Part shown: positions 63,938-64,000 of the stretch, in pieces
Position numbering within the stretch: position 1 is the first letter of the stretch
Layout of the letters: each line of letters begins with the position of its first letter
Virus record (IMG/VR): IMGVR_UViG_3300020418_000005
Coordinates: 10,826-74,825 of that record
From: a virus
Direction: 5' to 3' (one strand)
DNA: 64,000 nucleotides
The notes under the pieces: generated by a model
Database searches by the model: none
The model's input: the letters and a program-made list of their open reading frames with translations, nothing else
Told to the model about the DNA's origin: nothing
Made by a program: the position numbers and the translations under genes

Positions 63938-64000
63938 TTAAAATTAAAAATTCTTAAAAAACTCAGAAATTTAAAAAAATGACTTTTTTAAAAAACTGAA

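Overview
This 64 kb window comes from a T4-like marine cyanomyovirus (Kyanoviridae-like, probably infecting Prochlorococcus). Almost every gene is on the minus strand. Read in the direction of transcription (right to left), it contains four blocks. (1) An early-gene region (~57.2-64 kb) of tiny ORFs, most preceded by a repeated TGTGNCA-N10-TGNC(C/A)(A/C) box, a sigma70-like promoter and a CAAATCAG leader; it also holds two candidate structured RNAs. (2) A late structural module: PAAR-like protein, gp25, gp6, a giant gp7, gp8, a VrlC/DUF4815-like protein, an 1833-aa structural protein, a 3457-aa tail fibre and small adhesin/chaperone genes. (3) An accessory island with a U32-like Fe-S/methyltransferase fusion and seven tandem 2OG-Fe(II) oxygenases. 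(4) gp13, gp14, gp15, gp16, followed by heme oxygenase ho1. The most notable observation is that the giant tail fibre and gp7 each carry two helical domains resembling phycobiliprotein (globin-fold) subunits, keeping cysteines at positions equivalent to the bilin-attachment sites (KC-RD-G and the C-terminal C-x3-S helix). ho1 sits behind a perfect T4 late promoter, and baseplate proteins also carry blue-copper-like C-x2-H-x2-M/Q motifs. Together these suggest a possible chromophore/cofactor-decorated virion. This is inference from motif recognition by eye, with no database search or structure prediction.
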